From: Schmidtea polychroa
Lineage: Eukaryota
NCBI GenBank assembly: GCA_044892525.1
Contig: CM097886.1
Location: 63,922,001 to 63,986,000 of the forward strand
Length of the DNA: 64,000 bases
Direction: 5' to 3'
The notes beneath the pieces are model-generated. The model ran no database searches. It was not told the DNA's origin and worked only from the letters and a program-made list of their open reading frames with translations. This document shows, piece after piece, positions 1 through 10,991 of this stretch. Made by a program: the position numbers and the translations under genes. How positions within the stretch are numbered: the stretch's first letter is position 1; every line of letters starts with the position of its first letter.

Positions 1-1750
1 TAAACTTTATGAATTTTACATGGGATTTATAAAAACAAATTTTTATGAATTTTTAAATTATGGAATCTTTTTGAAAAAATCCATTTTTAAAGAAAATAAA
101 AAAGATCAAAGATGAATATAAAACAAATGTTTTTACAAAATATTATTTAATTAATAAGGTTTACATGTTTAACTTAATTTTTTAAATTGTCTAGTTTATA
201 ATTATTTTAATAAAATAAATATTGTAAATTTAATTTGTATAAAATAAAGTTCACTTAAGATTTTTGAATGTCTTAAACAATGATCAGATCTTTATCCGTT
301 CTAAGATGAAGCTAAAAATGGTTCTGAATCTCGATGACCTTTGTCTTTGATATTATATACCAGATCTGATGAATCTTAGGTAACATAAATACAAAATCTT
401 TCAGGCTGTTTTTCAATAAAGTTAAAGTTTATTTCAAGCGTACTTCCTAGTTGAAGGTCAAATATATAATTATTTCTTGTATCTAAACGATTTTGTTTGG
501 TTTTGTGGCCAAGGTTTTAATGAGGATAAAATATCAAATTCAGAATCTTTTAAAAATTATTTTAAATTTCAATTTAAAAAGGATCTAAGATGTTTACATT
601 CAAAATTTAAAAAAGTGAAAATATCATTACAAAGATCCTAATAAATTTTTAATTAATTCTGGATTTGATGTATTCTTATTTCATTACAACATTGGTCATT
701 TTTAAATGCAAGAGTTATACAATTTTAATTTTTACATATTGAATAATTTTGTGAAAAATTTAAATTAAAAACTTTGCAGATAATGTAATTCACGAATTCA
801 ACAAAATAACGAAGTGTTAATAAATACTGTATTTGGTATACATTAAATAATTAATTTTAATTATGTAAAAAAAATTGCAATCAAAATTTTTTATTTTTGA
901 ATATTTTTGATCATTCCGACCTTAAAAAATATAAAAAGGGTTTTCCGTAAATTGCAATAGCTTAGTGTAATCATTGGATTGAAAAAAGCAACAGAATTAA
1001 GAATTATTACCGCTTATTTATTTAATCGCTCCAAAATACAATAAAATGATGTCATTTATAAATAAATTAAAATTGTTCCACTGTTTTAATCAAAATATAT
1101 TGATCGTTAAGGTTTTTATTCGATTTTTAGAACGAAACAGAATTTTTTTAAATTTAAAGTTTATCTCTCTTTAATTAAAATAAACTTTAATATAAGTTCA
1201 TTTTAATTAAATATNNNNNNNNNNNNNNNNNNNNNNNNNNNNNNNNNNNNNNNNNNNNNNNNNNNNNNNNNNNNNNNNNNNNNNNNNNNNNNNNNNNNNN
1301 NNNNNNNNNNNNNNNNNNNNNNNNNNNNNNNNNNNNNNNNNNNNNNNNNNNNNNNNNNNNNNNNNNNNNNNNNNNNNNNNNNNNNNNNNNNNNNNNNNNN
1401 NNNNNNNNTTACTGCAACAATCGATGGTTGGATGATTGTATTGACTATCAGAGACAATAAGATTCAAATCAATAATTCTACTAAAGTATTTATAGAAACA
1501 ATTAAAGATTTCCACGTATCAAGCAGCTATAAATTAGCAGTTTGTTCTAATAAATCGATCAAAGTAATATTTAATATTTATATTATTTATTTTTAATAAC
1601 CTCAACAAATAAGCAATCAAATGTAAAATAATCACCTATTTAAATTTTGCACCGAAATATTTATTAATTAAAAAATTACGATGTAAATTTCCAATTTTTT
1701 ATAACCAATAAATTTAAAATTTATTATATTAATTAATATTGATTGAGAGA

Positions 1751-1863
1751 TTGACAAGGACTATCTTATAGTCGAAAATTTTTTCATTAAATATATTATT
1801 CGCAACAAAAGGCTATAATTATCACTTTATTGTTTTAAATAATAAATGCTGCTACCAAGAAAT
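1751..1863 (+). repeat. Half copy of palindromic repeat family B (other copy 19626-19812)
   Basis: TTGACAAGGACTATCTTATA...GCTGCTACCAAGAAAT matches the centre-to-terminus arm of the 19.6-19.8 kb palindrome. Confidence 0.8.
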
Positions 1864-2640
1864 TGTTGAGGATACCTAAATAACAATTTATAAAGAAATA
1901 AATAAAATTACCTGGGGAAGATCGCCATGACAAACGGGACGATCTATTGGAACTCAGGAAAGAAAACAGAAGTAAAAAGAAATTAAAAATGAGAAAGATA
2001 AAGGAAATAAAAGGAATCAAACAGGAAAATGAAAGCCAAGGTCAGTACTAATTAATTAGTACAAAATAGGAAAAGGAATTTTGAAATCAGGAAAACGGAA
2101 AACAACAATATCCTTATCTCGACAGCTTGCCAGTGATAACAGAATTGATGGTAGAAGGCGGTCAAACAAAAAAGGGAAAATAACCTGACAGCTGTCAGAG
2201 ATAAAAATGGGACAGTCGGGAAAAGCAGGAGAAGGAAAATGGAAAACACTTGATTAGATGGAGTGCCACAAGAGAAGCAAACTATATAAGGGAAAACTGG
2301 TGGACATGAAATAAGAAGAAAAATTAGAGACAAAGTGACGCGAAATTGAAAACGATTTGGAAGATGATTTGAGAGACAATTTGAGAAACGATTTGAGAGA
2401 TAAAATTATTGGAGAAAATTAGACGTTGGACGAAACGTTGTTGGACAAACGATTGCCAAAAATAATTGTAAAGGAAATAATTGTGGAGAATAATTATTGG
2501 AGACGACTTGAAGAAAAGAATTAGTTGAAAAATAAAACGAAAAGAAGTTATTTGATTATTTGAATAAAGTTGTGAAGAAAGTCAAGGAAAACAACCAGCT
2601 CAAAATTCCAGTTTAGAAACCAATCAGTAACTTGTGATCT
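1864..2640 (+). mobile_element. LTR-like fragment (5' part)
   Basis: Starts TGTTG. 1865-1950 recurs at ~3232-3320. The purine-rich ~1980-2330 segment is homologous to ~4380-4740, which ends ...CAACA at 5242. Confidence 0.55.
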
Positions 2641-2744
2641 TTTAACCCGGTGTTATACACAAATGCTATTATAATTTTTATATTAATAATAATGATTTAG
2701 TAACATGAATTTAGTCATAGTAAAATGTACTTGCGGGTCTTAAA

Positions 2745-2796
2745 AATAATTTGGCGAGCTGTATATGGCCCGCGGGCCACAAGTTGGACAGCCCTG
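2745..2796 (-). mobile_element. hAT (Charlie-like) terminal fragment
   Basis: Minus strand reads CAGGGCTGTCCAACTTGTGGCCCGCGGGCC, a typical Charlie-type terminus. Confidence 0.6.
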
Positions 2797-3328
2797 TTTT
2801 AAATAAATTCTGAAATTATATAAAAAATAATTTTAATCGAAACTAATTAATTTTCATAAAATTAAAACAGCACTAATAGCGTTAATAGAAGTATGTCTGT
2901 ATATATAAATATAAATATATTTGGAACTATTTTACAAAATTTTATAATAATAACTTATTGGTTACGGAATTATATAGAAAAACAGTTTACATAAATAGCT
3001 AAGTTTTTCCACCAATGATTATTAATTATAAGTTTTTAACAGAAAATAAATCCTATTCTTTCAAATATTAAATATAACTGATATTTCTGATTGAATATCT
3101 CAGATATAAACTGTTAAATTAATAAACACTGGAAATTGCTTATTTATTGATTTGTATAATGTTTTAATTTTATAAAATATTATCACATAAAGTATCCTTG
3201 ATAATTTATAACGAAAATATTTATCAATAAAGTTGAGGATACCTAATTAACACATTTATGAATAAATAAATAAAATTACTTGGGGAAGATCGTTATGACA
3301 AACGGGACGAGCTATCTCAATTTTCATT

Positions 3329-3365
3329 AGATAGTATCCCCCTAAAAATTTGGGGGATACTATCT
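3329..3365. repeat. Perfect 14-bp inverted repeat, 9-nt loop
   Basis: AGATAGTATCCCCC-TAAAAATTT-GGGGGATACTATCT. Confidence 0.9.
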
Positions 3366-3664
3366 ACCGATAAAAATTTAATTTTATATAAATAAAGATT
3401 AAATAAAAGAAGTATATTGGTATTAAAACGTAAAACAAAAAAAAATTATTAATTGACATGTAAATTATGATTTTTGGCCGGTGTTATACCATTTTGTTCA
3501 AAAATATGTAAAATTAAAAACATTTTCTAATAAAAAAATAAATACATAAAATTTATTGGTGTATTTGGTTGTTGAGGGATAATAAATACTTGTTATATAG
3601 CATTTATTATTAATTAAAATTTAAGAAATTTATTAAAATTTAAAAAATCCATAAAATTGCAGAG

Positions 3665-4289
3665 ATGAGAAGACGTTTTACACTTGCTAAGAAACTTGAA
3701 ATTATAGCTGAGCAGGCAAGAGAAGTTGTTCAAACTCCGAAATATGTCGCCGTTATAATTTACAGCTTCAACAGCTTAAGAAATGGAAAAATGATCGTTT
3801 GGTATATCGATACCGCAGCAAACGCCTTAGATCGATAAATACTAGAAAGCTACCAATTTATTACGAACACGAATTAAGTTTATTAAGATATAGACGTAAG
3901 AAAAGAGAATCTCTGTTGTATCAGTAAGGTCTGTCGTGATAAGATTGAGAGAATTATCTGAAATTGCAAATTCAAAGCCATTTGTGAGTTGTATGCCTTG
4001 GGTTCATTGGTTTTCAAATCGTAATAGACTTTCTATTCGATGCATTACAAAACAAACCACACTCACAAATGATGAGGAACAGGGGAGATTGTCAGTTTTT
4101 TATAGTAATGAGGAAGAATTATTTTTTGCCGATCCGCAAATCGTCTTTATTAATATGGACCAAACAAAAATCAAATTCGAGATGCAAGATCGCCGAACAA
4201 TTGAAGTAAGAAGTGCTAAAACAGTACCCACAATAAAAAAACAGCAGTCAAACGAGTCACATCACGGCTATTATAGCTGTTACATCTGA
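3665..4289 (+). pseudogene. pogo/Tigger-like transposase remnant
   Basis: MRRRFTLAKKLEIIAE (CENP-B/psq-type HTH start), and INMDQTKIKFEM...KTVP resembling the pogo DDE_1 NMDET motif. Frame is disrupted. Confidence 0.75.
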
Positions 4290-4329
4290 CGGCAAGAAAT
4301 TAAAGTCAGCATTAATTTTTAATGGAACA

Positions 4330-5242
4330 GAAAATGTAGGGTCTCGAGAGAATATGTTCATTTCCAAAATGTTTTAGATATTATTATAGGGAACTCGGAG
4401 AAGGGAACGGAAGTAAAAAGAAATAAAAAATGAGAAAGATAAATCAAATAAAAGAAAACAAACAAGAAATTAAAACATAGGTCATTGTTAATTAAGAAGT
4501 GCGAACGAAGGAGGAATTTTAAATTCCACAAAAACAAAAACACGGTAAAAGCCGTATCTTGACAGCTTGTCAAAGATACCGAAATGGCAGTAAAAGTCGG
4601 CAAAACACCAAAAGGGAAAAACAGGACATATCTCAACATCTGTCAGAGATAAGGCCGAAATAGCGGGGAATACAGAGAAGAAAAAAATGGAAAAACAAAA
4701 TTATCTCAAGTACTGCAAATGTGGCAAGCTATAAAAGGGAAGACACAGAAGTTAGAATAGAGAAGTAAAAGGAGAGTAAAATGGAGATTTAACAAGAGAG
4801 TTAAAAGAGAATTAAAATAGAATAACAACAGAGCTCAAAAAAGGGTGAAACCAGAGTGACAGAAGGGAACTGGTTGATTATAAATAATTGATTGGGAGAG
4901 TGATAAGAATCTTTTGTAAAATTGGATAAAAAGAGGAAGTGGAGTGAATAAAGTTGTGGTCAAAGCAAATAGAACAATCGATCAATCTACCCTGTGATTG
5001 AGTTGGTTGACGGCTAGTGATTATTGTTACTGTTACAGAAAATTATACGAGAAGGGCTATTCTTCACGTAGTGTCTTAATAAGCTCTATGTAATTAACTG
5101 ATTTGGAGTTAATTGATTGTAATTCTAACTTGTACGTATGATTTACTGTGAATATTAATAAAGGTTTATCTTGTTCGGGATTGTTAATTTGTGAATTAAT
5201 AAAACACGCTTTGGAGTCAGAGTGAACATTTAAACACCAACA
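4330..5242 (+). mobile_element. LTR-like fragment (3' part), same family as 1864-2640
   Basis: Homology to ~1980-2330, AATAAA signals near the end, terminus CAACA complementary to TGTTG at 1864. No TSD. Confidence 0.55.
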
Positions 5243-5433
5243 ATAATTATAAAATAAATTTTTATTAAATTATTATTAGTTTTAAATTTTCTTATTCGTT
5301 ATTAATTTAGATATATCAGTTACCTATTCTCACACTTATAGAATCTTTAAGTTTGATATCAGAGCCAATTCTAGCTTCTCATTTTGTCGATGTTAATATT
5401 TTTTATAACCATTAAGTTTAACTATTTTAGTAG

Positions 5434-5660
5434 TCGTTTCTGGCAGTTACAAATGGTTCTTTAGAAATCAGTTTGGTTGATACTAATAATTTTAAAAAAA
5501 CTACCTGGAATTGGGGATTTTTGGTTCATTGGATTAAGTGTTGTCCGGCTACTTTACGATCTTCCAAAACTACTATTGTGACGTTTGATGTTAATGGAGC
5601 TATTTGCCTTTGGCTATCGAATAGAAAAACACCCATTCGTCAAATTTTAATTGTAGGGTT
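5434..5660 (+). CDS. Probable host exon, WD40-repeat-like (possibly WDR11-like); runs into gap
   Basis: Follows a TTTTAG acceptor. Reads SFLAVTNGSLEISLVDT...VHWIKCC...IVTFDVNGAICLW, resembling the WDR11 LASADVNGKIIVW segment as recalled. Confidence 0.35.
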
Positions 5661-6015
5661 NNNNNNNNNNNNNNNNNNNNNNNNNNNNNNNNNNNNNNNN
5701 NNNNNNNNNNNNNNNNNNNNNNNNNNNNNNNNNNNNNNNNNNNNNNNNNNNNNNNNNNNNNNNNNNNNNNNNNNNNNNNNNNNNNNNNNNNNNNNNNNNN
5801 NNNNNNNNNNNNNNNNNNNNNNNNNNNNNNNNNNNNNNNNNNNNNNNNNNNNNNNNNNNNNNNNNNNNNNNNNNNNNNNNNNNNNNNNNNNNNNNNNNNN
5901 NNNNNNNNNNNACACGATTGCCAATTTTATTGTTCGCCTTTACAGGGCCACGTCGATCAGTTTTGAATAATAACATTTTGTCCATTTCAATGTCAAATAA
6001 TAAATTACCTACTTC

Positions 6016-6076
6016 TCGCGTCTGTGTGCGCACACCAACAAGAATCGGTCTAACCAGACCGCGCACACAGACGCGA
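6016..6076. repeat. 16-bp perfect inverted repeat with 29-nt spacer (copy 1)
   Basis: TCGCGTCTGTGTGCGC ... GCGCACACAGACGCGA; identical arms at 19853-19915. Confidence 0.9.
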
Positions 6077-6589
6077 ATATAAAAAGGCCAAACAACTGCC
6101 AGTCAGAGGCAATCCNNNNNNNNNNNNNNNNNNNNNNNNNNNNNNNNNNNNNNNNNNNNNNNNNNNNNNNNNNNNNNNNNNNNNNNNNNNNNNNNNNNNN
6201 NNNNNNNNNNNNNNNNNNNNNNNNNNNNNNNNNNNNNNNNNNNNNNNNNNNNNNNNNNNNNNNNNNNNNNNNNNNNNNNNNNNNNNNNNNNNNNNNNNNN
6301 NNNNNNNNNNNNNNNNNNNNNNNNNNNNNNNNNNNNNNNNNNNNNNNNNNNNNNNNNNNNNNNNNNNNNNNNNNNNNNNNNNNNNNNNNNNNNNNNNNNN
6401 NNNNNNNNNNNNNNNNNNNNNNNNNNNNNNNNNNNNNNNNNNNNNNNNNNNNNNNNNNNNNNNNNNNNNNNNNNNNNNNNNNNNNNNNNNNNNNNNNNNN
6501 NNNNNNNNNNNNNNNNNNNNNNNNNNNNNNNNNNNNNNNNNNNNNNNNNNNNNNNNNNNNNNNTATAAGATAACGCCAAACATTTTTTT

Positions 6590-6628
6590 CACGATTAATT
6601 TCGACAGTTTTCCTGTCATCATCAGGTG
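6590..6628 (-). ncRNA. Minimal type I hammerhead ribozyme in inverted pLTR
   Basis: Reverse complement of the motif at 7202-7240. Confidence 0.85.
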
Positions 6629-7186
6629 GGATATAATACTCATTAAATAAAGGATTTTAAACAAATTTAATTATATATAAAAATTTTTTATTTTATAAAA
6701 ATATTATTTTTTAAAAACTTTTACATTTAAAATTTAATTTAATAATTTAAAAATTTAAAAATTGGAGAGACTTCCCGTCATCTCTGTATTCGAGCTCGAG
6801 AACATTGTAGACCGAAGTCTTTGACCCATATTGGTGAGCACAATAAGGGCTGTAAGATTAAAATAGGTATGTCTGATTTTAAAATTTTATTAAAAAACTT
6901 CGATAATTATTGGGAACGTGTGATTTGTGAGGCGTTGTTGATAAAATCATTGAATCCGAAAATTAATGTGCAGAATGCTGTAAATACTTGTGTGTTGAGT
7001 GTTTTTAAATAAGCTTTTGTGTATTGTATGTATTGATTGTTGTGTTAAATTAAATAATTGATAAAAAAATTTAAAATTTTTAAATTATTAAATTAAATTT
7101 TAAATGTTAAAGTTTTTAAAAAATAATATTTTTATAAAATAAAAAATTTTTATATATAATTAAATTTGTTTAAAATCCTTTATTTA

Positions 7187-9730
7187 ATGAGTATTATATC
7201 CCACCTGATGATGACAGGAAAACTGTCGAAATTAATCGTGAAAAAAATGTTTGATTGGCGTTATCTTATAATTAAATCATTGCCATGTATGTTTAACTAT
7301 TTATTCAAAAATCATGTTTCTGCTGTTCCAGTATTCAAAAGATTATTGAAGACTTTTAATGCACTTAGAAGAAAAGAACTAGACATTTGTTTTCTTGAGA
7401 CTTGTCTAGAAGAAAAAATGATTCCTTCGTTCATTTTTAAAATGAAACTTAGTGATTGTCTCTCAAGTAAAGATGTGCAAATAATACATCAAAGAACGTT
7501 AAGAAGAATGTTGGAATCAGAGAAGATAAGGAGAATATCTTTGGATAAAAAACTATTAAATATTGGATGTACTTTAAATCAAATAACCAATGAGTTTTGT
7601 TTGCAGGTTTGTGTTGAATGGTGTATTAAAAATTCAATTTCTCAGTTAAAATCAAAAGAGAATGCTCATATCAATAAATTAAAAAATTTGAGAAAATTAT
7701 TTGGGATCTCTAAATTTAGTGTAGAGAATACATTAATAAACATGAGTAAAGTTGTTTTGTCTGAAGATGAGGAGCGTATTTTGAAATTTGGTCCCAATCA
7801 TTCCATTAAGAAAAGAATTGATGAAACAAAATTATGTGCGAAGATTGAATGTTTATACTTTCATATACTTAGATCGATGAAGGATATTAATACTAATTAT
7901 GTGAAGAGTGTGTTGAGTTCGAGTACGATGGAGTATATTGATAAAAATAAAAAGCAGAATATTAAAGATTTTACTGTATTAAAAAATTTAGCTAAAAAAG
8001 ACATCAATATATGCAAGTTTGACAAAGGAAATGGATTGGTAATTCTCGACCATGATGTATATGTAAATAAGCTTAATGATGTTTTGAACGCTCCCCAGTT
8101 TGTGAAAATAGAGATTTCTCGAAAAAATGGAATACATCCTCCTCTTAAGGATGAGAATTTGTTGAAAGAAATACTGAATAAATTAATTAAAAATAAGCAA
8201 ATTGATGAAGAGTTGTTTAAGTCCATTCGCCCAATGGGATCACAACCAGCAAAAATGTATGGGCTTCCAAAAATCCATAAAGATGACGTACCTATGAGAC
8301 CTGTTTTATCCATGATTGGCACTGCCCAGTATAAAATAGCCAAATTTTTGGATGGATTATTGAAACCATTGATACGATCAGAATTTGAATGTAAAGATAG
8401 TTTTGAATTTGTTTCCTGCATTGCACAATATGATAGACAAAGTATGGATGAAATTATGGTTTAGTTTGATGTTTGTAGTCTGTTTACTAATGTACCATTG
8501 GTTGAAACAATTGAATTATGTTGCTTGTTATGGAATGAAAATATTTCTGAACATCATATTTTGGATAGAACAGCATTTCGTGAACTTCTTGTATTTGCAA
8601 CTTCAAAAATCAATTTTCTTTTCAATAATGAATGGTATCAACAAATAGATGGAGTTGCTATGGGTTCTCCTTTAGCACCAACGATGGCTTCAATTTTTTT
8701 AACAAGCTTAGAAAAGAAAATTGCATCTTTCCAAGGTATGAAACCCACTGTTTATAAACGGTATGTGGATGATATTTTTCTTATATTTGAAAATCAGAGG
8801 CATGTTGACCCGTTTTTGCATTATATGAACAGTCTACATAAAAACATTGTATTCACATGTGAAACGGAGAAAAAATCATCGCTTGCTTTCTTGGATTTGT
8901 TAATTCAACGCAAAGAGAAACACTATGAGACAGAGATTTATAGAAAACCAACTGATACTGGTCTCTATACTTCTTCCGAAAGTTTTTGTGAATTCAAGTA
9001 TAAAAGAAATATGGTGAAGGGGTTGATTTGTCGTGCATGGTCTTTGTCATCTACTTTTAAAAATTCGGTAAAGAGTGTTGACGTGTTGGTTGAACTGTTG
9101 ATGAAGAATGGTTATTCAAAATCCTTTTTAGTAATTATGGTGAAAGAGACTGTTGACAAATTTATTAAAAATCCTAAGGATCCATGTTTGAGAAAATTTG
9201 GGTGTGATCTTGTTGAGATGTGTGAGTTTGATGAGTTAAATAAATTAAATAGTGTGAGCAAGGATGACGAGCCTAAATTTGTGTTAGTATTGCCGTACTC
9301 AGAAGGTTTTAAGGATTATAAAGTGAAGATAAGAAAGCAGTTAGGGAATTTAAACTATAGGATAGTGTCAACTTCATGGAAAGTACGCAATATGTTTATT
9401 AATAAGTCAAAGACTCCGGTTGAATTGTGTTCCGATCTCGTTTATCAGTTTACATGTAATGGGTGTAATGCCACATACATTGGAGAGACTTCCCGTCATC
9501 TCTGTATACGAGCTCGAGAACATTGTAGACCGAAGTCTTTGGCCCATATTGGTGAGCACAATAAGGGCTGTAAGATTAAAATAGGTATGTCTGATTTTAA
9601 AATTTTATTAAAAAACTTCGATAATTATTGGGAACGTGTGATTTGTGAGGCGTTGTTGATAAAATCATTGAATCCGAAAATTAATGTGCAGAATGCTGTA
9701 AATACTTGTGTGTTGAGTGTTTTTAAATAA
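7187..9730 (+). pseudogene. Penelope RT-GIY-YIG polyprotein with one in-frame TAG (8462-8464)
   Basis: GLPKIHK, MV*FDVCSLFTNVP, QIDGVAMGSPLAP, YKRYVDDIF and VYQFTCNGCNATYIGET. ORFs 7166-8464 and 8498-9730 are in the same frame. The second copy has TCG (Ser) at the stop position. Confidence 0.92.
7202..7240 (+). ncRNA. Minimal type I hammerhead ribozyme in 5' pLTR
   Basis: CAC-CTGATGA-T-GACAG-GAAAA-CTGTC-GAAA-TTAA-TC-GTG; predicted cleavage after 7237. Confidence 0.88.
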
Positions 9731-9902
9731 GCTTTTGTGTATTGTATGTATTGATTGTTGTGTTAAATTAAATAATTGATAAAAAAATTTAAATTAAATT
9801 TTAAATGTAAAAGTTTTTAAAAAATAATATTTTTATAAAATAAAAAATTTTTATATATAATTAAATTTGTTTAAAATCCTTTATTTAATGAGTATTATAT
9901 CC

Positions 9903-9941
9903 CACCTGATGATGACAGGAAAACTGTCGAAATTAATCGTG
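9903..9941 (+). ncRNA. Minimal type I hammerhead ribozyme in 3' pLTR
   Basis: Identical to 7202-7240. Confidence 0.88.
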
Positions 9942-10322
9942 AAAAAAATGTTTGATTGGCGTTATCTTATAATTAAATCATTGCCATGTATGTNNNNNNN
10001 NNNNNNNNNNNNNNNNNNNNNNNNNNNNNNNNNNNNNNNNNNNNNNNNNNNNNNNNNNNNNNNNNNNNNNNNNNNNNNNNNNNNNNNNNNNNNNNNNNNN
10101 NNNNNNNNNNNNNNNNNNNNNNNNNNNNNNNNNNNNNNNNNNNNNNNNNNNNNNNNNNNNNNNNNNNNNNNNNNNNNNNNNNNNNNNNNNNNNNNNNNNN
10201 NNNNNNNNNNNNNNNNNNNNNNNNNNNNNNNNNNNNATTTCATATATTTTTATATTTCCTTCATTTATTCGGAGTTTGTTTTTATACAAAAACATTATAA
10301 AAATTTTAATAATAAATATTAA

Positions 10323-10563
10323 GGATGCTCCATCTGTTGTTTATCCCGGCCCAATATCTCTAATAAATAATAGTTTGATATTTGCTGACAAAGGATACTT
10401 GCGTTTATTTAATGTCCACCTCAATAAGTACGAGAGATCTATTCAAATATTAGGCTGCAAATCTATCAAAATCAGTGAAGTTTATATTGCTGCTGAAAAG
10501 TGGATTGTTTGTTTAAATCAACGAAAAGAATTTATTGTGTTACCTATATCGACTGTAAAATAA
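10323..10563 (+). CDS. Possible host exon, unknown protein
   Basis: Open frame with normal composition (DAPSVVYPGPISLINNSLIFADKGYLRLFNVH...) ending in TAA; no family recognised. Confidence 0.3.
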
Positions 10564-10595
10564 ATTTTTTTATGATTCTTTAAATTAGGTTTTTG

Positions 10596-10991
10596 CAGGG
10601 CCGTAACAAGGCATTATTGCACTCTGTGCGGTTCATATATCTGGGACCTCCAATTCAAAACAGCCTATTATAATAATTATAATGTTCGTGTTAAGATTGT
10701 TAACTATATATTCATCTCCAGCTATTATAATAGGTAGTAATGCTCTTAAAATTCTGTTGCTAATTGAAAAAATGACAAGAACACGTTTTACAAAATTCAC
10801 ACCTGCGAGGGCATGTTAATGGACCAGTGCAATCAGTAATGTTAAAGATAGGCTGTCGTTTTTTTTGTACATGCAATTTGATAATTTTTTTTATTATTAT
10901 CATTAAAAAATGTTACATCCCAGTTTTGCACCCCTTTCAGATGTGGGCCCGGTGCTACTGCACCGCTCGCACCACTCTTGTTACGGCCCTG
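10596..10991. mobile_element. hAT-family MITE (396 bp)
   Basis: Perfect 15-bp TIR CAGGGCCGTAACAAG and perfect 8-bp TSD GGTTTTTG. Confidence 0.93.

Larger units (their letters stand above)
6564..9993 (+). mobile_element. Penelope-like retroelement, near full length: inverted pLTR (6564-6760), 5' pLTR (6761-~7293), ORF, 3' pLTR (~9480-9993)
   Basis: Direct repeats include the ORF 3' end. Tail-to-tail inverted partial pLTR upstream. RT and GIY-YIG motifs. HHRs in all three pLTR pieces. Confidence 0.95.

Noticed and set aside
366-372. CTGATGA as another hammerhead (also similar heptamers near 12755, 40516 and 60324)
   Set aside because: No stem II followed by GAAA and an NUH site
1864-5242. One complete LTR retrotransposon spanning 1864-5242
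   Set aside because: No gag/pol, PBS, PPT or TSD; better read as two related LTR fragments with other debris between
8462-8464. In-frame TAG in the Penelope RT as programmed readthrough or an alternative genetic code
   Set aside because: The homologous copy (~58070) has TCG (Ser) at this position, next to the first catalytic Asp motif, and the 1019-aa pol ORF reads cleanly in the standard code. A simple nonsense mutation is the best explanation
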